Source of the DNA: Limnochordia bacterium
GTDB lineage: Bacteria > Bacillota > Limnochordia > Darwinibacteriales > Darwinibacteriaceae
NCBI GenBank assembly: GCA_050952265.1
Contig: JBMNKP010000001.1
Coordinates: 431,596-495,595 of the forward strand
Direction of reading: 5' to 3'
Length of the DNA: 64,000 nt
The notes under the pieces are model-generated. The model ran no database searches, was not told the origin of the DNA, and was given only the letters and a program-made list of their open reading frames with translations. Of this stretch, positions 56,384 to 64,000 are shown in pieces. Made by a program: the position numbers and the translations under genes. The number at the start of each line of letters is the position of its first letter. The stretch's first letter is position 1.

Positions 56384-57430
56384 ATGAAAAAGCATCTTGG
56401 TCTTATGCTTTCGTTCGCGTTGGTGCTGTCGCTGCTCGTGTCGGCGTTTGCTCTGGCTCAAACCTTGGCCGACCCGAACTTCAAGAGCGACCTCGTACTG
56501 TATTCCAGTATGACAGACAACGACCTGAACAACCTGGTAAGGCTGTTCACCCAGCGGTACCCCGGCATCCGCATTGAGATCGTGAACGGTTCCGCTGGTG
56601 AGCTCACTGCTCGAATCAGGGCTGAGAAGAACAACCCGCAGGGCGACGTTATGTGGGGCGGCCTGAGCAACAGCGACGGCATGATCTATGAGGATCTGTT
56701 CGAGCACTATCTCTCCCCTTACGAGGAAGAGATCTACCCGGCATACAGGTCCAACAACGGTTTCTACAACCTGGATCACCTGTCCACCATCGTCTTCTGC
56801 GTCAACACCGACCTGGAGAAAGAGCTGGGCATGAACATCACCGGCTACAAGGATCTGCTGGATCCCAGGCTCAAGGGTAGGATCGTTCTGCCTGACCCGA
56901 ACTCTTCGTCTTCTGGCTGGAACCATGTGTGCAACATCTTCGCCGTCTTCGGCAATGACAGCCCTGAGGCATGGGAGTTCATCGAAGGCCTCATGAAGAA
57001 CGGCGTCGTGATCTCCACCTCTTCGTCCGTTGCTTTCCGCAGCGTCCTGTCTGGTGAGTATGTTGTCGGTATGTCCTATGAAGACGGTGCTTCCACCCTG
57101 CTCAAGGCCGGCGCTACCAACATCAAGCTGGTGTACCCTGAGGAAGGCGCTTCCGCATCCGCTTTCGGCGTCGCCGTGATCAAGGGCGCCAAGAACATGG
57201 AAGCCGCTAAGCTCTTGGTTGACTACCTGATGAGCGTTGAAGGTCAGTCCGAGCTGGGTACCGCCCTGGGCACCCTGCGCTTCACCAACTCCAAGGCTGT
57301 TTACTCCACGCCGTACCTGCCTGCAACCGAAGAGGTCACCTGGGCTGACAGGGACATCGAGTGGTTGATCGAGAACAAAGAGTATGTCCTGCAGCGCTGG
57401 AACGACATCTACATGAGGACCCGGTTCTAA
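56384..57430 (+). CDS. ABC importer substrate-binding protein (family 1; FbpA/PotD-like)
   Basis: ATG 8 nt after AAAAGGAGGAG. Signal peptide, then an SBP_bac_1/8-like fold. The ORF-track 5' extension is rejected. Confidence 0.75.
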   Translation: MKKHLGLMLSFALVLSLLVSAFALAQTLADPNFKSDLVLYSSMTDNDLNNLVRLFTQRYPGIRIEIVNGSAGELTARIRAEKNNPQGDVMWGGLSNSDGMIYEDLFEHYLSPYEEEIYPAYRSNNGFYNLDHLSTIVFCVNTDLEKELGMNITGYKDLLDPRLKGRIVLPDPNSSSSGWNHVCNIFAVFGNDSPEAWEFIEGLMKNGVVISTSSSVAFRSVLSGEYVVGMSYEDGASTLLKAGATNIKLVYPEEGASASAFGVAVIKGAKNMEAAKLLVDYLMSVEGQSELGTALGTLRFTNSKAVYSTPYLPATEEVTWADRDIEWLIENKEYVLQRWNDIYMRTRF

Positions 57431-57460
57431 CCTCACAACTGAACATGCGATTCACAAAAG

Positions 57461-57489
57461 GTGCTGGGCATATGCCCGGCACTTTTTTC
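57461..57489 (+). terminator. Rho-independent terminator
   Basis: GTGCTGGGCATATGCCCGGCAC hairpin followed by TTTTTTC. Confidence 0.7.
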
Positions 57490-57595
57490 GCGATGGGCTG
57501 TGCGGCAGGGGTCAGGCTGTTTGTATCAAAACCTGATATACACGGGCCTTTTAGCGGTATGCAACCGCACTGGCTGACAACAAAGGAGTGGAAGC

Positions 57596-58257
57596 ATGGA
57601 AAAACCAACCCTTAAACAGAGAACCGCAGCCCTCACTTACCTTGCGTTTGCCGTCATCATCGCAGCCTGGACCGCCGCCTGGCTCGTGAAGATTAACTTG
57701 GACCAGCGCTGGAGCTGGCTCACGGCCGGAGGCGGAAGCTTTGCCTACTGGACGGCGGCAAAGCTGATCGTCTGGATCGTGCCCGCTTTGTGGCTGATTG
57801 GGCGTTCTGGGCGCAGCCTGCAAGAGGTATTGGGCCTGGCCAACTGGAAGGCTGCCCTGGCCTGGGGCGGCGGCATCGGTCTTCTCATCGCCCTCACCGG
57901 GATCATCCCCAACTACCTGCAGGGCAGGCCCGTTCTGCCCACCAAGGTGGACTTCCCGCTCCTGAATGTGATCGTCATCGCACCCACCTTGAGGAGTTTC
58001 TGATGCGCGGCGCGGTTCAGGCGAACCTGAGCCGGCAGTGTCCCTTCTGGAAGGCGAACATCCTGACTTCGCTGCTCTTTGTCCTTCTCCACATTCCGGG
58101 CTGGTTCTTCATGGGAGTGCTGTGGGAGAACCTGACCCAACCTGCAGGTGGGGCTCTGTCCATCTTCCTGGTCAGCCTCGGTTTTGGCTATGCCGCGCAC
58201 CGCTCCCGTTCGGTGCTGGGGGGAGTTATCGCGCACTTCTTGAACAACCTCTTCTAG
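57596..58257 (+). pseudogene. CPBP (CAAX) family intramembrane metalloprotease, disrupted by a frameshift near 57985
   Basis: The N-terminal TM helices (57596-58003) and the C-terminal part carrying EEFLMRG, FVLLHIP and IAHFLNNLF (57790-58257) are in different frames. Adding one C in the CACCCACC run would join them as ...IAPTLEEFLMRG... Confidence 0.6.
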
Positions 58258-58319
58258 CAGGCTTTCCGCCCCAAGGTGAAGAACCCGAATTCTCAACCTC
58301 CAACAGGAGTTTTTGCGAT

Positions 58320-59540
58320 ATGCCAGAATATAGAGAGAAACGCCTACTTGCCGCGAACAGCGGGCTCAAGACGGGGTTTGGGGGGTTGGCCATGCATATC
58401 ATGAGTTATCTTCAGAAGGTTTACCGAGAGCTCCACGCCCAGCCAGAGCTGTCGGCTCAGGAAGCCCAGACGGCCGCCTTCGTCGCAGCTGAACTGAAGG
58501 AGATGGGCTTTACTGTGACCACAGGAGTTGGCGGTCACGGCGTGGTGGGAGTGTTCCCGCTGGTTGGTTCGGGCCCGACCCTGGCCCTGCGCTGCGACAT
58601 GGATGCCCTGCCGGTCAGCGAGGAAACGGGGGCGGACTTCGCCTCCCAGAACCCTGGAGTGATGCACGCCTGCGGCCATGACAGCCACATGGCCATGGTG
58701 CTGGGAGCCTGCCGCTATGCTGTGGCCAATGAGGAGCGGCTGAGAGGCACGCTCATGGCCATCTTCCAGCCTTCAGAAGAGGTTGGGATGGGGGCAAGAT
58801 CCATGCTTGAGGCAGGTGTCTTCTCCCGGCTCAAGCCCTTCCGCCTCGTTGGCATCCACAACTGGCCTGACCTGCCCGCAGGCACCTTGGGCCTGCAGAG
58901 CGGGCCGATCACTGCGTCTACCGATCAGTTTAAGGCGGTCTTGAGGGGTGTTGGCGGCCACGGAGCGCGTCCGCACCAAACCAGGGACACCATCGCCATG
59001 GCGGCCGCCGCTGTGCAGAATGCCTTCACCTTGGCGCAGAGGCGCGCCGATCCCGCTTCTCCCCAGGTGCTGTCGTTTGGAGCAATCCGGGGCGGAACCA
59101 GCTTCAACATCATCCCTGAGCAGGTTGTCCTGGAGGGCACGGTGCGCACTGTCCGCAGCGAGGATCAAGCCCTGATGATCCGCCTTCTGCACCAGGCCTT
59201 CAAAGCAGCAGCCGACCTGCACGGAGGTTCCTATGAACTGATGTATGAAGAAGGAGTCCCCGCGGTGGTCAACGATCCTGCAGTTACTGCCGAGATCGCC
59301 GGCTTCTTTGCGGCCCGGATCCCTGATATCCCCGTTGTTTCCGAAGGACTGGCCAGCCTGATCGGGGAAGACGTAGGCTGCTTCCTTCAGGAGGTGCCAG
59401 GCATCCTGCTCTTTATCGGATCGGGACAGGAAGGAGCCGTGAATGAGCTCCACAATCCCCGCTTCCTCGTTCCCTGCCAGACCCTGGTCACAGGGTACAA
59501 GGCCCTTACCAGCATCATCGCCGGTTATCTGAGCAAGTAG
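58320..59540 (+). CDS. M20D family amidohydrolase (N-acyl-amino acid amidohydrolase / hippurate hydrolase-like)
   Basis: RELHAQPELS, ALRCDMDALPV and MHACGHDSHMAM motifs. Alternative start ATG 58392. Confidence 0.8.
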   Translation: MPEYREKRLLAANSGLKTGFGGLAMHIMSYLQKVYRELHAQPELSAQEAQTAAFVAAELKEMGFTVTTGVGGHGVVGVFPLVGSGPTLALRCDMDALPVSEETGADFASQNPGVMHACGHDSHMAMVLGACRYAVANEERLRGTLMAIFQPSEEVGMGARSMLEAGVFSRLKPFRLVGIHNWPDLPAGTLGLQSGPITASTDQFKAVLRGVGGHGARPHQTRDTIAMAAAAVQNAFTLAQRRADPASPQVLSFGAIRGGTSFNIIPEQVVLEGTVRTVRSEDQALMIRLLHQAFKAAADLHGGSYELMYEEGVPAVVNDPAVTAEIAGFFAARIPDIPVVSEGLASLIGEDVGCFLQEVPGILLFIGSGQEGAVNELHNPRFLVPCQTLVTGYKALTSIIAGYLSK

Positions 59541-59560
59541 ACGAAGAATGCATAGGAGCT

Positions 59561-59899
59561 TTGGAGGAGATTCATTTGCACAAACAGATCCTGCTTGGTT
59601 TGTTGGTAGTACTGCTCGCAGTTTCTGCCGGTGTCGGCGCGTCCAGTCCCTATCTTATCTTCCATCTTGATGCTGTCAGCTCTCCGGTCTTCTTCCGCGA
59701 ACTGGAGGCCGGCAACCTGCCAAATATCGAACGGCTGTTTGCGGGAGGCATCCACATCAAACACGGGTTGACCCTTTATCCCGGCGGCACTGAAGTGATC
59801 TACCCCCGCCTGAAAATGGGCATTGGCAATGATCAGGGACGCACCGTCAGCTGGGGCTTGGTCGATCCGGAAACGGAAGAGATCATCACCAGCCCGTGA
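59561..59899 (+). CDS. alkaline-phosphatase superfamily (type I phosphodiesterase / nucleotide pyrophosphatase-like) protein, N-terminal segment
   Basis: Signal/TM region then LIFHLDAVS...TLYPGGTEVIYPRLKMG resembling the AP-superfamily metal-site/nucleophile region. Ends TGA, overlapping the next ORF start (GTGA). Confidence 0.45.
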   Translation: MEEIHLHKQILLGLLVVLLAVSAGVGASSPYLIFHLDAVSSPVFFRELEAGNLPNIERLFAGGIHIKHGLTLYPGGTEVIYPRLKMGIGNDQGRTVSWGLVDPETEEIITSP

Positions 59900-61179
59900 T
59901 CCTCCGCGAGATGTTGAGCCATATGCCCAGAGAGTCGCTGGGCTTCTGGACCTACGGCGTCCCCGGGCTGCACCACCTGGCATCCCTCTCGCTGCTCAAT
60001 GTGCCGCGTGTTTTAGAGAAGTTCGGCTACGCCGAGGTCCTCTGGTTCTGCACCGATCTCCTCGGACATGTCGTTGGCCCCAGGGCCTACCTTGCTTCCC
60101 TGTACAACTTTGACAGGGCTATCGGGCGTTTCCTGCCCCTGGACGAGCTGGAAGATGTGAACATAATCCTCTATGCCGACCACGGCATGTCTTTTGGGGA
60201 ATCGGGGCTCGTTGATTACAACGCCGCCGCGCGAGAGGTTTTTGGACCTGACCTCAAGTTCTGCACTTACCCCAACATCTACATATCTGCTGAAGTGGAC
60301 CGCAGCCAAAAGGCGAGGGAGCTGGTTGACGCCGGGATCGACTTCGTCTTCTACCGGGAAGGCGAAACGGTAGTGGCCTGCCATGGAGGAGGCCTGGCGT
60401 ACTTCACAGAGCACGATGGGCTGTTCAGGTACACTTTCACCGGCAGCGATCCCTTCGGGTACTACGCCGCGGGCTACCGCGGGGAGGCATTGAGCAGAGA
60501 AGAGTGGCTGGAGTTAACGGCTGATCTCCGGTTCCCGGCCGTTCCCCCCAATGTCTACAGCTATCTCCAGAATCCCTACGTTGGAGATTTTGTGATCAGT
60601 ATCACCCCGCCGAAGCTGCCGAAAACGCCGCTTACAAATAAGGCCAATCACACGGGTTTGACCACAACCGATCTCATGGTCCCCATCCTGCTCAAAGGGC
60701 CCGCTTTTGAGCAGCTGCGGGGCATGGAGACCATGTGGCTGCATGATCTCTACTCCGAGTATGCTCCCGTCGACTTCGACTTCGTCCCCGCGAGGGATCA
60801 GAACAAGGTTGCCGCCTTCAGTTCTCCCAACGGGCCCGTGGTGGACCTTGAGCTTTCTCCCGCATACCGGTTGAGGAGCCGGCTTGAGATGGCCGGTCTG
60901 CACAGCGCTTCGCTGGGTGTGGAGTGGGATCTGTACTCGACCTTCTTATCCCGCATCTGGTTGGGCGCCGGAGCCAAGGTGGCCCCGGAGGAGTCAGCCA
61001 TCCTGGTCGGCGGCGTCTATGAGCTGACTCTGGGACGGCTCTCCGCAGCCGCCCGCTTCACCTACGAAGTGGGTCCGAACAAATGGGAGCTTGCGCACAG
61101 CCTCGCCTGGAATCTCACGTCCCAGCTTTCTGCAGTCTGGCAGATCGGGAGGGGTGTGGGTGTGCAGTTCACCTGGTGA
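59896..61179 (+). CDS. alkaline-phosphatase superfamily protein, main segment, with a C-terminal beta-strand-rich tail
   Basis: ILYADHGMSFGE (DHG motif). The final 140 aa alternate hydrophobic residues and end in ...VGVQFTW. Together with the previous ORF it looks like one gene split by a frameshift, or two coupled genes. Confidence 0.55.
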   Translation: MILREMLSHMPRESLGFWTYGVPGLHHLASLSLLNVPRVLEKFGYAEVLWFCTDLLGHVVGPRAYLASLYNFDRAIGRFLPLDELEDVNIILYADHGMSFGESGLVDYNAAAREVFGPDLKFCTYPNIYISAEVDRSQKARELVDAGIDFVFYREGETVVACHGGGLAYFTEHDGLFRYTFTGSDPFGYYAAGYRGEALSREEWLELTADLRFPAVPPNVYSYLQNPYVGDFVISITPPKLPKTPLTNKANHTGLTTTDLMVPILLKGPAFEQLRGMETMWLHDLYSEYAPVDFDFVPARDQNKVAAFSSPNGPVVDLELSPAYRLRSRLEMAGLHSASLGVEWDLYSTFLSRIWLGAGAKVAPEESAILVGGVYELTLGRLSAAARFTYEVGPNKWELAHSLAWNLTSQLSAVWQIGRGVGVQFTW

Positions 61180-61213
61180 GCCTGCCGCATGAACACAGCG
61201 CACGCAGAGTGGA

Positions 61214-62149
61214 GTGACGACGTTGGCCAGAGCAAAGACCAAGACCTCTTCCTTCGGCACGTCCAGCCGGGAAGGCCATGACGCTTCTGAGTTCTACAAC
61301 CGCAGCCTGTACGGCCGAGACCTGTTCTCAGTCTTTGCCCAGCTGAACGAGGTGATCGCGGGCGGGAAGCCCCGTGAGGTACCGGACCGCCCCAGGGAAG
61401 AATGGGTGAACCGCATCTACTGCCACACCTCGGAAGATATGCACCACCTTCCCGACGCATCCGTGGGGCTGGCCTTCACCTCACCGCCCTATAACGCTGG
61501 GAAGGACTTCGATGAGGACCTGGGGCTCTTGGAATACCTAACCGTCATCGCCAATGTTGGCCGGGAGGTCTACCGCGTGCTCACGCCAGGCGGTCGGTAC
61601 GTTGTCAACCTGGCCAATCTCGGGCGCAAACCGTACATCCCCCTCCACGCTTACTTTTACGGCATCCACACTGCCCTTGGTTTTCTGCCCGTGGGCGAGA
61701 TCATCTGGCAGAAGGGGAAGGGCATGAACGCCAACTGCGCGTGGGGTTCCTGGCTCTCGGCCCGTTCGCCGCGGCTGCGGGACCTCCACGAGTACCTCCT
61801 GGTCTTTGCAAAGGAGGACTTCCGCCGACCCGAGCGGGGGGAGTCGGACATTTCCAAGGAAGAGTTTATGAATGCCACCCTGTCGGTGTGGAACATTCCG
61901 CCCGAATCAGCTCGCAAGGTTGGCCATCCTGCGCCTTTCCCGGTGGCGCTGGCTGATCGGGTTATCCGGCTCTTTTCCTACAAAGACGATGTGATCCTCG
62001 ATCCATTCTGCGGTTCGGGCACAACCTGCCTTGCCGCCGCCTTCACGGGACGCCCTTACGTGGGCTACGACATCTCTCCCGAGTACTGTGAGCTCGCGGA
62101 AAGGCGGATCAAGGCCGAAACGGCCCAGAGCACCCTGCTCCTGGAGTAA
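61214..62149 (+). CDS. beta-class DNA methyltransferase (SPPY motif; N4-cytosine or N6-adenine), no adjacent restriction gene
   Basis: Motif [13 protein letters not shown] precedes motif [17 protein letters not shown] start. Confidence 0.75.
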   Translation: MTTLARAKTKTSSFGTSSREGHDASEFYNRSLYGRDLFSVFAQLNEVIAGGKPREVPDRPREEWVNRIYCHTSEDMHHLPDASVGLAFTSPPYNAGKDFDEDLGLLEYLTVIANVGREVYRVLTPGGRYVVNLANLGRKPYIPLHAYFYGIHTALGFLPVGEIIWQKGKGMNANCAWGSWLSARSPRLRDLHEYLLVFAKEDFRRPERGESDISKEEFMNATLSVWNIPPESARKVGHPAPFPVALADRVIRLFSYKDDVILDPFCGSGTTCLAAAFTGRPYVGYDISPEYCELAERRIKAETAQSTLLLE

Positions 62150-62160
62150 AGCGCTCGCTG

Positions 62161-62187
62161 CCCCAGCTGAATTAGCTGGGGTTTTTT
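62161..62187 (+). terminator. Rho-independent terminator
   Basis: CCCCAGCTGAATTAGCTGGGG hairpin followed by TTTTTT. Confidence 0.7.
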
Positions 62188-62226
62188 GATCTTCAGCTGC
62201 TCCAACATTTTTTACCAAAAAAAGGG

Positions 62227-62256
62227 TTCGCAGGACCCCTCCCCTTGTGGTACAAT
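62227..62256 (+). promoter_or_regulatory. candidate pyrG promoter with extended -10 (TGgTACAAT)
   Basis: TTCGCA-N18-TACAAT with TG at -15/-14, about 100 nt upstream of pyrG. Confidence 0.4.
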
Positions 62257-62355
62257 TCTCAGAGAATAAGCAGGGAGAGCTTGTGAAACATCGAACAGAT
62301 GGGCTTTTTGGCAGTCTTTGGATGTCTCAGGAGCGAAGCAAAGAGGAGGGAAAGC

Positions 62356-63957
62356 GTGGCGAAGTTCATCTTTATCACAGGAGGAGTTGTATCTGGGCTC
62401 GGCAAGGGGATCACCGCTGCCAGCCTGGGCAGGCTGCTCAAACAGAGAGGCCTGCGCGTCGCAGCCCTGAAGCTGGACCCTTACATGAACGTGGATCCCG
62501 GAACCATGAGCCCCTATGAGCACGGAGAGGTGTTCGTGACAGACGACGGAGTAGAGACGGATCTCGATCTGGGCCACTATGAACGGTTTATGGACGAAGA
62601 TCTGAACGAGTTTTCCAGCATGACTTCAGGCAAAATCTTCTGGAGCGTGCTCAGCCGGGAACGTTCCGGCGGCTACCTGGGACGCACGGTCCAGGTCATT
62701 CCCCATGTTACTGGGGAAATCATGGACTTCATCTACCGGGCTGCCGAGAGGAGCGGGGCCGATGTCCTGATCACCGAAATTGGGGGCACCGTCGGCGACA
62801 TCGAAAGCCAGCCTTTCCTGGAGGCTATCAGGCAGATTTCCCTCCAGCGGGGTCCGGAGAACTGCCTCTTCATCCATGTAACCCTGGTGCCCTACCTCAG
62901 CTGGGCAGGGGAGCACAAATCCAAACCCACGCAGCATTCGGTCAAAGAGCTGCGCTCCATGGGCATCTCGCCGAGCATCATCGTCGCCCGCACAGATCAT
63001 CCCCTGAACGACCAGATCAGATCGAAGATTGCCCTCTTCTGCAACGTAAAGCCCGACTGCGTGATCGAAAACCTTACTCTGCCCTTCCTCTATGAAGCGC
63101 CCCTCATGCTGCACCGCGAGGGCCTTGATACCGTGGTCTGCCGGGAGCTGCAGCTTCAGACGGCAGAGCCCGATCTCAGGGAATGGGAAGAGCTGGTGCA
63201 GAGGATCCGCACCCGCTCGGGCCGGGTTGTCATCGCTATTGTGGGCAAGTACACCAAGCTGCACGATGCCTACTTGTCTATTATCGAGAGCCTCAACCAC
63301 TCAAGCTATGCCGCCGGGGTGTACGTGGAGATCAAGTGGGTGGACAGCGAGGTCGTTAACCCAGAGAATGTGGCGGAGCAGTTGAGCGGCATCGACGGGA
63401 TGATCATACCCGGCGGTTTCGGGGAGCGGGGTATCGAAGGCAAGGTGGCAGCCGCCCGCTACGCGCGGGAGAACGGCATCGCCTTCCTCGGGATCTGCCT
63501 GGGCATGCAGGTAGCGGTGATCGAGTTTGCCCGAAGCGTCTGCGGGCTGGCAGGGGCGAACTCGGCCGAGTTCGACGAGCGTGCGCCACACCCGGTGATC
63601 GACCTGATGGAAGAGCAGAAGGGCATCGTGGATAAGGGAGGAACTATGCGCCTGGGCGCCTATCCCTGCCAGGTTCAGGAGGGCAGCCTGCTGCACAGCC
63701 TCTACGGCGCTCTGCAGATCAGCGAGCGGCACCGCCACCGCTTTGAGGTGAACAACGCTTACCGGGAGATCCTGAGCAGGCACGGCATGGTCCTGAGCGG
63801 TACCTCGCCCGACGGCCATCTCGTGGAAGCGGTGGAACTCGCCGGACACCCCTTTTTCGTAGGAGTGCAGTTCCATCCAGAGTTTAAGAGCCGGCCTACC
63901 AGGCCGCACCCGCTGTTTCTCGGCCTCGTCAAGGCTTCTATGGAGGGAAGATCATGA
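62356..63957 (+). CDS. pyrG: CTP synthase
   Basis: GTG start 5 nt after [30 protein letters not shown]-terminus and a C-terminal glutamine amidotransferase domain GICLGMQ...HRHRFEVN. The ORF-track upstream extension is rejected. Confidence 0.9.
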   Translation: MAKFIFITGGVVSGLGKGITAASLGRLLKQRGLRVAALKLDPYMNVDPGTMSPYEHGEVFVTDDGVETDLDLGHYERFMDEDLNEFSSMTSGKIFWSVLSRERSGGYLGRTVQVIPHVTGEIMDFIYRAAERSGADVLITEIGGTVGDIESQPFLEAIRQISLQRGPENCLFIHVTLVPYLSWAGEHKSKPTQHSVKELRSMGISPSIIVARTDHPLNDQIRSKIALFCNVKPDCVIENLTLPFLYEAPLMLHREGLDTVVCRELQLQTAEPDLREWEELVQRIRTRSGRVVIAIVGKYTKLHDAYLSIIESLNHSSYAAGVYVEIKWVDSEVVNPENVAEQLSGIDGMIIPGGFGERGIEGKVAAARYARENGIAFLGICLGMQVAVIEFARSVCGLAGANSAEFDERAPHPVIDLMEEQKGIVDKGGTMRLGAYPCQVQEGSLLHSLYGALQISERHRHRFEVNNAYREILSRHGMVLSGTSPDGHLVEAVELAGHPFFVGVQFHPEFKSRPTRPHPLFLGLVKASMEGRS

Positions 63958-64000
63958 GGGACTATGAGCTGGAACTAAAGGACAGAATCGGGTTTATCCG
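63954..64000 (+). CDS. start of an unidentified gene (3' end outside window)
   Basis: ATGA overlap with the pyrG stop; [15 protein letters not shown]... Confidence 0.3.
   Translation, partial: MRDYELELKDRIGFI

Noticed and set aside
62257-62355. pyrG reiterative-transcription attenuator as in Bacillus subtilis
   Set aside because: An extended -10 promoter is present, but I could not identify a convincing terminator hairpin or the GGGC initially-transcribed motif in the leader.
61214-63957. Restriction-modification or other defence island around the SPPY methyltransferase
   Set aside because: No nuclease, specificity, helicase or mobile-element genes on either side. Neighbours are housekeeping (pyrG) or metabolic.
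1-64000. CRISPR arrays, tRNA/rRNA genes, transposases, integrases
   Set aside because: No regularly spaced short repeats with unique spacers, no cloverleaf-like or rRNA-like segments, and no transposase or integrase signatures were seen in any frame.

Overview
GC-rich bacterial chromosomal segment with GGAGG-type ribosome-binding sites, dense coding on both strands, and many intrinsic terminators. Gene content points to a Clostridia-like member of Bacillota, lineage unresolved (ytvI, yozG, ComEA-HhH, Rae1/YacP-type NYN domain, many LxxC lipoboxes). No rRNA, tRNA, CRISPR array, transposase or integrase was seen. Backbone features: two paralogous sugar/nucleoside-type ABC importer operons (BMP-family and DUF3798-type binding proteins) flanking an MsbA-like exporter; an ECF sigma / anti-sigma pair next to an ABC-2 transporter and three tandem paralogous small lipoproteins; an HD-GYP protein; M20 peptidases; YtvI; an inositol monophosphatase; a CDF transporter; a trimeric NADH-dependent [FeFe]-hydrogenase (NuoE-like, NuoF-like, HydA); a NitT/TauT-type ABC transporter; a Dps-like protein; a LacI regulator; a hemerythrin; a DeoR-controlled PotA/FbpC-type ABC importer; a frameshifted CPBP protease; an M20D amidohydrolase; a split alkaline-phosphatase-superfamily gene; a solitary SPPY DNA methyltransferase; and pyrG. 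Most unusual: (1) an 878-aa ORF joining a complete Tet(M)/EF-G-like ribosome-binding translational GTPase to a C-terminal Rae1/YacP-like NYN endoribonuclease domain, translationally coupled to an AlkD-like alkylation-repair gene; (2) a candidate c-di-GMP-I (GEMM) riboswitch with a terminator expression platform (ON-switch logic) upstream of a DUF342/FapA gene and a PAS / truncated-MCP gene; (3) two translationally coupled Cys-rich small paralogs with an Sm/Hfq-like motif pattern; (4) a PHP phosphoesterase gene overlapping the start of rtcB; (5) a structured leader with three copies of CAGGACGGAC plus a terminator upstream of a zinc-ribbon gene.
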